Positions 27,042 through 40,069 of a stretch of 44,667 nt of DNA are shown piece by piece; position 1 is the stretch's first letter; the number at the start of each line of letters is the position of its first letter. The translations under genes and the position numbers were made by a program. The stretch spans positions 2,061,144 to 2,105,810 of the forward strand of contig CP070834.1 in NCBI GenBank assembly GCA_020341755.1. Direction: 5' to 3'. The notes below the pieces were generated by a model. It saw only the letters and a program-made list of their open reading frames with translations. It was not told where the DNA came from and ran no database searches. The DNA is from a candidate division WOR-3 bacterium. Lineage in GTDB: Bacteria; Hydrothermota; Tepidihabitantia; SM23-42.

Positions 27042-28292
27042 TTAGAACTGTGTCATGCACAGGGGTTTTTCATCGATTCGGAACAGTTGGTCTACATGTT
27101 GAATATACTGTTCATTCGATATTTCGGCGAGACCGAACCGGTAGAGATGCCGAAAATCGACTGCCCCCGTAATGAGCGACGAGAAATCTGATATATCGAT
27201 CGTGATCTCAGCGTCACAACGTTTACCCTTCGAAACCGATGGTCTGCCATCGGTAAAACACACTACCGTGCTGCCGGCGTTGGCTGGATAGAAACTGTCC
27301 GTGACCGTTATCTTCAGGCACAGAGTGACCGTTCCGAAACGGTGTGCCGCGAGATCTCGGAATAAGCCCGGAACATCGATCACACGATACATCACACCGA
27401 TGCCCTGGGAATGGCTTTCGTGAGCCAGCGGCAGCAGGAGGTTATCATTACCTGACCGTATGTCCTGAAGAATATAGTGAAAGTGTTCGTCCTGTGTACC
27501 GTAGATAATCCTGTTGACCTGATCACTTTGACTGCGCAAGAATGCGATCAACCCGGAAAAAGCCTCGCGCGATTCATAGATGAACTCGCGTATTACAATG
27601 TCGTTCTTTATCCAGTTGGTCTCATGGGCTTTTCTGAAGGTAAAGATGATGTACCCGCTGAGCATCCTGCGGTCTTTGTACCCTACGACCTTGGTTTTGG
27701 GATTGTCAAATAGATGTAACCACTTCGTTTCCCGGTCGGTCATCATACCATGGCGCTGCCGCAGGAAATGTCCATGACATGCCTTTATACTGCGTGTATC
27801 ACGTTTGTGCAGGAACCGTACATTGGTTTTGCCAGGAGTTTGCGGAAGGTCTCCCGGTCGAATGCTATACTGGTTGAGCAAGGCTCCGTATCCGAACCCC
27901 ATTTTTTTGTAGAAATCAGGTCGGAAAGGATAGAGTGCGAGCATGCGTACGTTCTGACGATGGTAGCGGTTTATGAAATAGGTGACCATGTCCCTGCAGA
28001 TTTTTTCTTTCTTGTGAAGCAGGTCTACCGCTACCAGGCCAATGCCTCCGACCGGTATCGTGGAACCCGCCATGTTCATCATGAAGTCATAGAGTGCCAT
28101 AACGCCGACCATGGTATCTTTCTGGTATGCTCCGAAATGATAGGTGCCGGACCGACGTACGGCTCCCAGGAGCATACGTTTGGATCGTTCTTTTTCTTCT
28201 CGGGTGTTGATCTGCATGCCGGGATATGCATTGGCAACTATATCGACAAATATGCCGTAATCTTTTCGAGGTATTTTTTTAATGCGGGTCAT
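27042..28292 (-). CDS. Eis-like GNAT acetyltransferase with C-terminal SCP2-like domain
   Basis: GIGLVAV, ALYPFRPDFYKKMGFG, MYRVIDV; SD GGAGG before ATG 28292. Confidence 0.85.
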   Translation of the reverse strand: MTRIKKIPRKDYGIFVDIVANAYPGMQINTREEKERSKRMLLGAVRRSGTYHFGAYQKDTMVGVMALYDFMMNMAGSTIPVGGIGLVAVDLLHKKEKICRDMVTYFINRYHRQNVRMLALYPFRPDFYKKMGFGYGALLNQYSIRPGDLPQTPGKTNVRFLHKRDTRSIKACHGHFLRQRHGMMTDRETKWLHLFDNPKTKVVGYKDRRMLSGYIIFTFRKAHETNWIKNDIVIREFIYESREAFSGLIAFLRSQSDQVNRIIYGTQDEHFHYILQDIRSGNDNLLLPLAHESHSQGIGVMYRVIDVPGLFRDLAAHRFGTVTLCLKITVTDSFYPANAGSTVVCFTDGRPSVSKGKRCDAEITIDISDFSSLITGAVDFRHLYRFGLAEISNEQYIQHVDQLFRIDEKPLCMTQF

Positions 28293-28343
28293 TATTTTCC
28301 TCCAGTCTCGGGTCATGTCATCCTGGATCACATGATCACATAC

Positions 28344-28371
28344 ATGATAGACGAAACCCCACCTTTGTCAA
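28344..28371 (-). promoter_or_regulatory. Promoter TTGACA-N16-TATCAT
   Basis: tgtcaa 28366-28371, atgata 28344-28349. Confidence 0.65.
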
Positions 28372-28402
28372 GTGAATAACTCATAATGAAAAGTAGAATT
28401 TG

Positions 28403-28430
28403 TTGACATAACAAGCTTTATGTATAAGAT
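28403..28430 (+). promoter_or_regulatory. Promoter TTGACA-N16-TAAGAT
   Basis: Read directly; divergent from the GNAT promoter. Confidence 0.6.
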
Positions 28431-28452
28431 TATTATTGATAGGAGTATTATA

Positions 28453-29067
28453 ATGAAAATCACGATTGTATTGATATCGTTCAGCCTGTTCGCAAGTATT
28501 TCAGGCATTGAACTCGACGAAATAATCGAGAATACCCTCGAGAACTACAGGGGTCTTACGAGCTTTTACGCGGAATTCGAACAGATTCTTTGCGATGAAG
28601 TCTCCGGTACCTGCTATAATTACACAGGCAAGGTATTTTATGCCGAGCCGGAATTTTTCCGGATGGAAATCGATGATCCCAAGAGGATCTACATTGGCGA
28701 TGGTGCAGCGCTCTGGATCTATAGTCCAGAAGAAAAACGCGCCATCAAGCAGGATATGACCGCAGTACCCCTTCACATCAATCCGGATATGTTTCTCACT
28801 GACTATGATGAGAGGTTTACTGCTGAATTGTCCGGCGATACACAGACGGGGTATGAGGTGACACTCACGCCGAAAGATGAAATCTCCTTATATGCAAAGA
28901 TCGTTATATCGATATCCAAAGAGAAATTCAGGATCACCGGCATTTCAATACATGATGACATCGGTTCTGAGAACAAATACATTTTTGAAAAGTTCGAAAC
29001 GAATAAAAAAATATCAAAAGACAAATTCGTGTTTCAACCACCGCCAGGAACCCAGATCGATGAGTAG
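28453..29067 (+). CDS. lolA: Outer-membrane lipoprotein carrier LolA
   Basis: SFYAEFEQ, GKVFY..PEFFRMEI..P, GDG..LWIYSP, KFVFQPPPG; SD AGGAG before ATG 28453. Confidence 0.85.
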   Translation: MKITIVLISFSLFASISGIELDEIIENTLENYRGLTSFYAEFEQILCDEVSGTCYNYTGKVFYAEPEFFRMEIDDPKRIYIGDGAALWIYSPEEKRAIKQDMTAVPLHINPDMFLTDYDERFTAELSGDTQTGYEVTLTPKDEISLYAKIVISISKEKFRITGISIHDDIGSENKYIFEKFETNKKISKDKFVFQPPPGTQIDE

Positions 29068-29461
29068 TGGTTTTGTCAAAGACGATTACTGTTTTGCGTG
29101 CGGCAAACTCAATACGCACGGATTGCATATGAATGTCATCAAGAAAAATGACGGTGTGGAGGCAGTCATCCGGCTGCCGGAGTGGGCGCAGAGTTATGCA
29201 CATATCGTTCATGGTGGTATCATTGCAACGATCCTCGATGAGATGGCAGTCTGGGCAGCATATCATCAGGGGTATAACTGTGTCACAGCAGAACTGCTGG
29301 TTCGAATCAAAAAGTCAATGGCGCTTGATGGAACCTACTGTGCACAAGCCCGGATCGTGAACAAGAAACACAGGTTCGTTGCAGCAGAATCCACGGTTCT
29401 TGACGAACAAAAGAATATCGTTGCCTATGCCACAGCAAAATTGATGAAGGTAAATCAATAA
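29060..29461 (+). CDS. PaaI-family thioesterase
   Basis: CFACG..N..GL, VHGGIIATILDE; start ATG 29060 overlapping the lolA end. Confidence 0.85.
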   Translation: MSSGFVKDDYCFACGKLNTHGLHMNVIKKNDGVEAVIRLPEWAQSYAHIVHGGIIATILDEMAVWAAYHQGYNCVTAELLVRIKKSMALDGTYCAQARIVNKKHRFVAAESTVLDEQKNIVAYATAKLMKVNQ

Positions 29462-29474
29462 GCGGCGGCGTCCA

Positions 29475-30740
29475 ATGCACGTCCATATGATATCGCTAGG
29501 TTGTGCAAAGAATCTTGTCGATTCCGAGAAAATCCTGGGTATACTCGGTGCTAACGGCATCAGTGTCAGTGCCCAACCCGAAAAAAGTGATGTTGTCATT
29601 ATTAACACCTGCGGCTTTATTCAACCAGCCCTTGCCGAAACCGAGGAAGAGATCGGGCGTGCTGTGTCCGTGATGTCTGACCAAGCCAGGTTGTATGTGT
29701 ATGGCTGTGCGGTCAACCGCTGTGGAGCAGAGCTCAAGGCACAGCATCCCCGGGTGAACGGTTGGTTTCGACTCGAAGAGCGTGACCGCCTCCTGTCTGC
29801 CATGCAGATCAATAAGCCCCAGCAATCGGTTCGCCTGCCCACTACCCAGGGATATGCGTATCTGAAAATCGCCGAGGGATGCTCAAATCAGTGCACCTAC
29901 TGCACCATACCATCAATACGAGGACCATACACGAGTATCGGACAGGATGCACTCGTGCATGAAGCACGCCAGCTTGCCCGCCTCGGGTACAAAGAAATCA
30001 TACTGATAGCCCAGGATACGACCAGGTATGGTAGAGACCTGCAGAATCGTACCATGTTGCCGGGTTTGATCAGGGAAATCGCTCTTATACGGCCAATACG
30101 ATGGATACGGCTCATGTATGCCCATCCGCAGAGCCTGACCGGGTCCATTATCAAAGAGATTGAACATAATGATAAGATGTGTAAATATATTGATTTACCT
30201 CTTCAGCATACCAGTACGAGGATTTTGCGACACATGAACCGACATTATACGAAAAGCCAAGTTATGAGGAAAATAGACCAGTTAAAAAAAATTAAAAATA
30301 TTTCTATGCGAACCACTGTTATTGCCGGTTTCCCAAGCGAAACAGATAAGGAATTCAAGGAATTGTTCAGCTTTCTGGAGCAGGGAGTATTTGAATGGCT
30401 CGGAATCTTCCCGTATTATAAAGAGTCGGGCACGCGGGCCGCAGAGCAAAACCAGGTCCCCCAGGACGTTATTCAGGCACGCTATCAAGAATTGCTCGGG
30501 CTTCAGCAAGAACTGATGATACGTAACAACGAAGAAAGAATAGGCCGCGAGTATGATGTGCTCGTTGATCGTATAGCCAGCCGGGCCTTTGGACACGCAG
30601 AATTCACCGCACCAGAGGTCGATGCTGAGATCATGCTCACCGGTAACCGTATCCAGTCAGGTCATTTCTACCGGGCGCGAATAACCGGATGTACAGCACA
30701 TACCCTGTTTGGCACGCCGGTTGCAGCTCATGCTGCATGA
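29475..30740 (+). CDS. rimO: Ribosomal protein S12 methylthiotransferase RimO
   Basis: SLGCAKNLVDSE, INTCGFI, AYLKIAEGCSNQCTYCTIPSIRG, IAQDTT, APEVD. Confidence 0.9.
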   Translation: MHVHMISLGCAKNLVDSEKILGILGANGISVSAQPEKSDVVIINTCGFIQPALAETEEEIGRAVSVMSDQARLYVYGCAVNRCGAELKAQHPRVNGWFRLEERDRLLSAMQINKPQQSVRLPTTQGYAYLKIAEGCSNQCTYCTIPSIRGPYTSIGQDALVHEARQLARLGYKEIILIAQDTTRYGRDLQNRTMLPGLIREIALIRPIRWIRLMYAHPQSLTGSIIKEIEHNDKMCKYIDLPLQHTSTRILRHMNRHYTKSQVMRKIDQLKKIKNISMRTTVIAGFPSETDKEFKELFSFLEQGVFEWLGIFPYYKESGTRAAEQNQVPQDVIQARYQELLGLQQELMIRNNEERIGREYDVLVDRIASRAFGHAEFTAPEVDAEIMLTGNRIQSGHFYRARITGCTAHTLFGTPVAAHAA

Positions 30741-30750
30741 GCATATCGCT

Positions 30751-31536
30751 ATGAAAGTATCACGAATACTTAAACCACTCGTCTCCTTGTGTACACCGCT
30801 GTTCATGCTCGGCGCGCTCGATATACCCATAGAGTTCCACGGTTCGGCATCACTCGGTAAGTACATGAATAGTGATACTATCAGGTACAATATGGATGCA
30901 TCCGTTGACCTGTACGTGATGCTGGTGCGGCATCATAGGTTTTCGTTCTTTGGACGATATCGTGATGACCTTGATATGGCAGAACAAAAAGGCGGTGTGT
31001 CGCTCGATCCACGCTATGGGCATTACTACATCGTTGGTGGATTCGATTACCTTTTCGATAAGGTGTTCTGTCGTCTGTACTTCATGCATGATTGCATTCA
31101 CGATATCGATTTCGAGGTCGAAGGTACACCCGTATTCAACCGGCTGCGCTTTGTATTGGCGGATGCCGACATGCATGAATGCCAAAGGCTAGCGTCGGAG
31201 AAAAGGTTCTTATGGAGCTGCCAGATTGGAGTGTACCCGCACATCACGTATAGCGGCTGGGACATAAATTCCGGTGCTGATTATCAGTACGACATCGTGC
31301 TTGATGCATCCATTCATGTTTTGAAACGTAGAACGTACGGAGTGTTCATTGACCCTCATATTCATATCACACAGGGCGACACCTCGTTGTACCATCAGCA
31401 TCGTGTTGTCGGTGGTGCCTATACGCAGTCATCTACAGGACGCATAGGGCTGGCAGTTACGTATAATGTCTGGAATAATGACGTGATAAAGGACCCGGAT
31501 AAATTATGGCTTTTATCTTTCTTTTTAGAATTCTGA
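30751..31536 (+). CDS. Hypothetical exported protein, possible outer-membrane beta-barrel (start uncertain)
   Basis: Signal-peptide-like N-terminus, amphipathic strands, C-terminal Phe; fills the operon gap. Confidence 0.55.
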   Translation: MKVSRILKPLVSLCTPLFMLGALDIPIEFHGSASLGKYMNSDTIRYNMDASVDLYVMLVRHHRFSFFGRYRDDLDMAEQKGGVSLDPRYGHYYIVGGFDYLFDKVFCRLYFMHDCIHDIDFEVEGTPVFNRLRFVLADADMHECQRLASEKRFLWSCQIGVYPHITYSGWDINSGADYQYDIVLDASIHVLKRRTYGVFIDPHIHITQGDTSLYHQHRVVGGAYTQSSTGRIGLAVTYNVWNNDVIKDPDKLWLLSFFLEF

Positions 31537-33140
31537 CAAGCCTGACCCTCTTGTCTTACGATGAGTCAGCCTACGAACTGTTTAGTGTCGGCTGTCAGCT
31601 CGAACTGGATGGTGAGATAGAGAACGCGATTCACTATTACCGCAGAGCGCTGGCTCAGGACCCTGATGCGGGACAGGTGTATCTCGCACTGGCGAACGCG
31701 ATGTTCAAACTCGGCAAGTATGATGAGGGTATTAACGCAGCCGAGAGAGCATTGAGCACCTCTTTCGATACGACGAAGATATATTACACCATTGCATCAG
31801 GTTACATTGGAATGGGCGATTTTCGCAATGCCGCACAATATTACGAATACCTGTTGGCACGCGACTCGACGAATATCGATACCTACAACAGTCTGTCCAT
31901 GCTTTACGAGGGGTTCGGGGACCTTGAAAAGGCACAGACAGTAATGCACGCGGTCCCGGAAAGTCTGAAGACGGTCGACGTTTATGTCAGACTCGGGACG
32001 CTCAGTGGCAAAATGAACGATCATACTTCGGCACTCGAGTATTATCGCACGGCATATCGTGTCGACAGCACTGATATCTCTGCACAGATCGGGATCGGAA
32101 CTGCCTTTGATATTATCAACGTAAAGGATTCAGCGATCACGTATTATGAACGGGCATTTCTAGCCGACACACAACAGACGTCTGTCGGCAGACGGTTGAT
32201 TGAACTCTATACCGACACCGACCGCTATTTTCCGCTGATGCGACTTGCGTCCATACTCCTGGCGCGTGATTATAACGATACGAACACCAGGAGAAATCTT
32301 GGGTATGCGCTCTACAAGACCGGAAGACAACAGCAAGCACTCGATCATTTCCTGATCGCGTCGCGCATCGACCCGTACGATACGTATTCGCGATTCTACA
32401 CAGCGAGAATATATCTGGATGCGGCGCAGTATCAACGAGCACGCGCGGAGATCGAACAGGCGCTCGCCATAGCGCCGGATTTCATTGAACTGTGGGTATA
32501 CCTTGGGTTTGTCGGCATCGATACTCGTGATTATGAGACCGCAGAGTATGCCCTGAGCGAAGCCGCCCACCGGGGAGGTGATGTCGCTCAACTCTACTAC
32601 CTCTTTGGAGCAGTCGCGGAAATGCAGGAGCACTACGAGGATGCATATTTCTATTATTATAAGGCACTCCGCATAGACCGGGATGATATCGGGGCCCTGG
32701 AAGCACTTGCCAGTCTCTGCGGAACGATCGAACGGAGAGAAGAAGCCTTCCGGTACTTTGCCGAGATCATTGAACTCGACACCCTGAATGCTACTGCCCT
32801 TAATTATGTCGGGTACACCTACGCTGAGAAAAAAGACAGCCTCGACTATGCGCTCGACCTTATCCAGCGGGCGATCAAGCTCGATGAGAATAACGCCTAT
32901 TTTATCGATTCGCGGGGATGGGTGTATTTTCAAATGGGCATGTACGAAAAAGCACGGGAAGACCTCGAACGGGCTGCGTATATCGTGGAAGATGCCGTGA
33001 TACTCGAGCATCTCGGCGATGTTTACCTGAAGCTCGGCGATGACGAGTACGCTCTCCAATCGTACCTGCAGGCGCTGGAGCTGGACCCGGATAATCGAGC
33101 AATCAAGAAAAAAATCACGGATATCCGCGGACAGGAGTGA
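31506..33140 (+). CDS. Tetratricopeptide repeat protein
   Basis: Many TPRs; ALNYVGYTYAE...DSRGWVYF...ILEHLGDVY C-terminal signature. Confidence 0.9.
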   Translation: MAFIFLFRILTSLTLLSYDESAYELFSVGCQLELDGEIENAIHYYRRALAQDPDAGQVYLALANAMFKLGKYDEGINAAERALSTSFDTTKIYYTIASGYIGMGDFRNAAQYYEYLLARDSTNIDTYNSLSMLYEGFGDLEKAQTVMHAVPESLKTVDVYVRLGTLSGKMNDHTSALEYYRTAYRVDSTDISAQIGIGTAFDIINVKDSAITYYERAFLADTQQTSVGRRLIELYTDTDRYFPLMRLASILLARDYNDTNTRRNLGYALYKTGRQQQALDHFLIASRIDPYDTYSRFYTARIYLDAAQYQRARAEIEQALAIAPDFIELWVYLGFVGIDTRDYETAEYALSEAAHRGGDVAQLYYLFGAVAEMQEHYEDAYFYYYKALRIDRDDIGALEALASLCGTIERREEAFRYFAEIIELDTLNATALNYVGYTYAEKKDSLDYALDLIQRAIKLDENNAYFIDSRGWVYFQMGMYEKAREDLERAAYIVEDAVILEHLGDVYLKLGDDEYALQSYLQALELDPDNRAIKKKITDIRGQE

Positions 33141-34387
33141 TGGAACCGTACCGCATAAAGGTCGTTGAGCCGCTTTTACGTGTCTCGCACCGTGTCCGAA
33201 TGCGTGCTCTTGAAGGCGCCGGATTCAATCCCTTCCAACTGCCGGCAGATTGTGTTTATATCGATCTGATCAGTGATTCGGGCACGGGCGCCATGAGCAC
33301 ACAGCAATGGGCGGCGATGACCATGGCGCGAGAAGATTTTTCCGGACAGCATGCCCATCAGGAATTCGTTAGGACGGCACAGGAAATATTCGGACTCCCC
33401 TATGTACAGCCCGTGCATCAGGGCAGGGTTGCGGAAAACATCCTTTTCAAATTGCTGCTCAGCCCGGGGAAAGTCGTACTGGGAAACACCCATTTTCTGA
33501 CTACCCGTGAGAATATTGGGGCAGCAGGTGGGCGTGCAATCGATCTCCCGGTATCGAGCGCACCCTTTTGCGGTGATATCGATCTCAAGCTGCTCGAACG
33601 CCACCTGGCTTCGGGTAGCGCAGGGCTTGTGATTATGACCCTTACCAGTAACATACACGGCGGACAGCCAGTGTCATCCGATAACCTGCAGGCGGTGCGG
33701 CGTCTTGCCAGGAAATACCGTGTTTCTTTGTTGTTTGATGCGAGCAGGTTTGCCGGTAACACGTATTTGCTAAAGGAACTCACGAATGCCAAAGGCTCCC
33801 TCACGACACTGTGCCGGAAACAATTCTCTCTCTGTGACACGGCGTACATGAGTTGTAAGAAAGATGGTCTCGCAAATATCGGTGGATGCATTCTGACGCG
33901 CAGTAAGCAGCTCGCTCACGAACTCACGCACGAGATAATACGACAGGAATCATTTCCCCATGCCGGCGGTCTGGCCGCACGCGACCTGGCAGCCATGAGT
34001 GCCGGATTGCAGGAAGCACTCGACCCGCATTTCCTGCGATCGCATATTGAAAGTGTCAGGTACCTTGCTGCCCGTCTCAAAGAAAAGCATGTTCCTGTTT
34101 TCGAACCGGTCGGGGCTCATGCAGTAACCGTACTGCCAGAGCGAGGCGGTACCTACGCAGCCTTTGCCATGGCGGCAGCAGTTTTTCTTGATTCCGGCGT
34201 GCGGGGAGGTGTTTTTGGCACTGCGTACAGACTTGCCCTTCCGAGACGCGTGTACACGCGAGATCACCTTGATCATGTCGCCGGCGCCGTCGCCAAGGTG
34301 TTCCGCAAAGCACCCATGCGATTGAAATGTACACACCGTCCCGGGAAATTCTTCAATTTCTTTGCACGGTTCGCGCTCCGGCATTGA
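33137..34387 (+). CDS. Tryptophanase / tyrosine phenol-lyase family PLP-dependent beta-eliminating lyase (divergent)
   Basis: EPYRIKVVE, IDLISDSGT, HQGR.AE, GGQPVS, MSCKKDG (PLP Lys), RLALPRRVYT. Confidence 0.88.
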   Translation: MMEPYRIKVVEPLLRVSHRVRMRALEGAGFNPFQLPADCVYIDLISDSGTGAMSTQQWAAMTMAREDFSGQHAHQEFVRTAQEIFGLPYVQPVHQGRVAENILFKLLLSPGKVVLGNTHFLTTRENIGAAGGRAIDLPVSSAPFCGDIDLKLLERHLASGSAGLVIMTLTSNIHGGQPVSSDNLQAVRRLARKYRVSLLFDASRFAGNTYLLKELTNAKGSLTTLCRKQFSLCDTAYMSCKKDGLANIGGCILTRSKQLAHELTHEIIRQESFPHAGGLAARDLAAMSAGLQEALDPHFLRSHIESVRYLAARLKEKHVPVFEPVGAHAVTVLPERGGTYAAFAMAAAVFLDSGVRGGVFGTAYRLALPRRVYTRDHLDHVAGAVAKVFRKAPMRLKCTHRPGKFFNFFARFALRH

Positions 34388-34461
34388 TTTTAAACACCTT
34401 GTTTATATGCTTAACTATTCTCCATGATATCCTGTCGAAGGTGTAGAGGCACAAGCAGAAC

Positions 34462-34489
34462 TTGACAAATTTAAAGTTTTATATACAAT
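34462..34489 (+). promoter_or_regulatory. Promoter TTGACA-N16-TACAAT; SD AGGAGG at 34501-34506
   Basis: Read directly. Confidence 0.7.
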
Positions 34490-34511
34490 ATATCCAGCCA
34501 AGGAGGAATCG

Positions 34512-36904
<2,393 letters not shown>

Positions 36905-36908
<4 letters not shown>

Positions 36909-39106
36909 TACTCCTCTTATTCGTTCTTTCTTATACGATAACCGATATCGACGTCGATACCCGATGGACAGATCCCGATCTTATCATAGAAGCATCCGGT
37001 CTGGAAACCGGCAAAGAGCTTGGTCCTACCGATCTCCAGAACGCGGTCGAGAATATTTCACGGCTGAAACTCTTTAATTTCGTCGCGGTAGATACCTCGA
37101 TAGTGAGTGACGGTGTTTTCATTACCATCACGGTTGAGGAAGTGCCTTTTCTCAAATCAAAGCCTACTTTCATCGGGAACCGGAAGATCAAAGACAAAGA
37201 TCTTGATAAAGAGATCAATCTGCGGGTAGGTCAGGTACTGACAGAAAATACTGTTTTTGCTTCGAAAACCAAGATCTCCGAACTGTACAAAGAGAAGTCA
37301 TTCTACAACACCAGTGTTACCGACAGCATCTATATTGATTCTTTGAACAAGGCAGCCCTTTTCTTCTTGATCGACGAAGGTATCGAACCGCGCATCGGTA
37401 CGATCGTGATTGAGGGGAACACCGAGTTCACGGACAATGCCATCAGAAAGATGATGAAGAATCGACCAAAGGCTTTTCTCCGTGCGGGCACCCTCGACGA
37501 GGACAAACTGAAGGAAGACGTGGATAAGATCGAGTCCGAATACAAGAAGAAAGGATACCTCGATGTCGTGGTCGAAGAGCCAAAAATCGAAGTGGAAGAT
37601 GATATGTTCGTCATCACCATTACGGTTATCGAGAACAGGCGTTATTACGTCGGCGACATCAGTTACGATGGGAACAGCATATTCGGCAGCAAGGATCTCG
37701 ATGAACTCAGAACCCTGCAGCCCGGTGACATATACGATCTGACCAAAGCACAGGAGACGTATCAGGCGTTCGGTCAAGCATATGCCGATGAGGGGTATAT
37801 TTGGTGCAGGATCATTCCGAACGAAACGGTCCGGGACACGATAATAGATATAAAATACAATATTAATGAAGGAACACCGGCAAACATCAACCGGGTGATC
37901 ATCACGGGTAATTACAACACTCACGAGAAGGTGATCCGCCGTGAACTGGTCACGGTACCGGGCGAACGTTACCGGCTCAGCGATGTGTTCCGAAGCGCCC
38001 GCGAAGTATTCAACCTGGGATTCTTCGATGATATCCTGCCTCAGCCGAGCAATCCTGATGACAGCGGTAATATCGATCTCATTTATCAGGTTAAGGAAAA
38101 AGAAGGTGTCGCCAAGGTGGGCGCGGGGATCTCCTATTCGGCACAGGATAAACTCACCGGCTATTTCGAATTGACGCACCCAAATCTCATGGGTCGCGGA
38201 CAGAATCTTTACACGAAATTCGAGATCGGCGGCAGGTTGACGAATTTCCAGATAGGATTCACCGAACCATGGCTCTTCGACACAAGGACATCGGCTGGCA
38301 TGGATATCTATTACACGAACAGGTTCTGGGATTATTACACGAAGAGGGACATCGGTTTCGCAACGCGGGTATCGTTCCCATTTTATCTCGATTACACACG
38401 CTTCGGATATACCTTCAGGACCGAACGGACCCAGGTACTCGATATCAGCAGCACGTATACACCGCCAACGACCGGCTACAGCCTGTACCAGGATACTATC
38501 CCCCGCTGGACGGTCGCTAACACCTTCAGTATAACAAGAGATTCACGCGACTACATCTTCAATCCGTCGAGCGGCACGTTCCTGGCAGCCCGTGCGGAGA
38601 TCGCCAAGAAATTCCTCTTTGCCAATGTCGATTATAATCAGTTTATCTTCGAAGCGCGGGCGTATTTCCCGCTCTTCTGGAAGTTCGTGCTCATGGGGAG
38701 ATTGAAGGCGGGCGTTGTCACGAGCGTTGACGAAGTGCCACTGTACAAAAGGTTCTATGCCGGCGGTATCGGAGACTATGGCGTACGTGGATATCCTGAC
38801 CGGTCACTCAGCCCGACACAGGACGGAAGAACCGTCGGCGGTACAGCCGTGTTCATAAACAATATCGAATTGAAGATGAAACTGTCCCAGACGTTCGCAT
38901 TCCTGCTTTTCTACGACGCGGGAAATGCATTCGAATCGCATTATGACGTTAACCTCCAGAATATCTACCGTGGCGTCGGTGCCGGAGTACGTCTTGAAAT
39001 ACCGATGATGGGAGTACTCGGGTTCGATGTCGGCTACGGTCTGGATAGGGAAATACCGGGATTCGAACCTCATTTCCAGATCAATCCACTGGGTATGTTC
39101 AGATAA
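36905..39106 (+). CDS. bamA: Outer-membrane protein assembly factor BamA
   Basis: POTRA repeats, VIRREL, NLMGRGQ, FTEPWLF, FYAGG...[12 protein letters not shown]. Confidence 0.93.
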
Positions 39107-39117
39107 AGGAGTACTGC

Positions 39118-40050
39118 ATGAAAAAGTTCATCATTGCGGTCGTATTTTTCAGCATGCTGGCTGCGGTCGAGACAAAAATCGGATTTGTCGATTCCGATAG
39201 GGTTTTCCGGGAGTACCAGGCGACCGCTGCTGCAAAGGCTGAATTCAACCTGTACGTGAACGAGGCGCGAGATTCTGCCGCTGTCCTGCGTCAGAACATT
39301 GAAACGCTGAAAGAAGAGCTCGAAACACAGAAACTCATGCTTTCAGAAGAAGCACGGCTGAGAAAACTCGATGAGATCGAATCGCTCACAAAGGTGCATG
39401 ACCAGTATTTGCAGAATGTATTCGGCAAAAGCGGTCGCGTTCAGCAGAAAAATGATGAATTGATGATACCAATTCTGGACCAGATCAACGAATCAGTTAG
39501 TGTGATCGCGGACCGGGAAGGATTCACGGTAGTGCTCGAACTTTCCGAGAACATTCTCTTTGCGAGCAGCGAACTGGACATTACCGACCTCGTTATCGAT
39601 GAACTTAACCTCGAATACGGACCGCAGATCATTCCCGGTGAGATCGTGCAGTATATCGCTATCTTCCCGCTCAGGGAGGAAAATCCAGAAGCCGTGAACG
39701 CCGACCTCGGACAGCGATGCCAGGATGACCTGTATTCCGCCATCGCTGTTTTCAGCCAGCAGTATGAGATCGTCTCGAAACACGCCGTTAATTCTGAGAT
39801 TGTGAGTCGTGGATTAGGAAGGAATGTTGACGACACCCAGGCATACCTCATTGGAAAGGAACGCCTGTGGGACTACATTATCGTGGGTACGGTCAATAAA
39901 TTTGCCACCAGAATAGATTATACCCTTTCATTGAAAATGGTGGCGAAAGAAGAAGAGATATTCAAAAAGACCAATAGTATAACCGAGGACATAAAACTCA
40001 CCGAAGCGCTTAACAATGATCTTCGAGTATTGATGGATAAGATCAAATAA
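39118..40050 (+). CDS. OmpH/Skp chaperone fused to an extra C-terminal domain
   Basis: KIGFVDS..VF..Y, coiled coil, GFTVVL...ILFA...DITDLVI; ~140 extra residues. Confidence 0.8.
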   Translation: MKKFIIAVVFFSMLAAVETKIGFVDSDRVFREYQATAAAKAEFNLYVNEARDSAAVLRQNIETLKEELETQKLMLSEEARLRKLDEIESLTKVHDQYLQNVFGKSGRVQQKNDELMIPILDQINESVSVIADREGFTVVLELSENILFASSELDITDLVIDELNLEYGPQIIPGEIVQYIAIFPLREENPEAVNADLGQRCQDDLYSAIAVFSQQYEIVSKHAVNSEIVSRGLGRNVDDTQAYLIGKERLWDYIIVGTVNKFATRIDYTLSLKMVAKEEEIFKKTNSITEDIKLTEALNNDLRVLMDKIK

Positions 40051-40069
40051 GCGCCTGTACCTTTTCAGA

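Noticed and set aside
28877-29059. N-terminal extension of the thioesterase ORF
   Set aside because: Lies inside lolA; ATG 29060 fits the family length
31506-33140. TPR protein as the O-GlcNAc transferase partner of the GH84 enzyme
   Set aside because: TPRs run to the C-terminus with no glycosyltransferase domain, and the N-terminus looks exported
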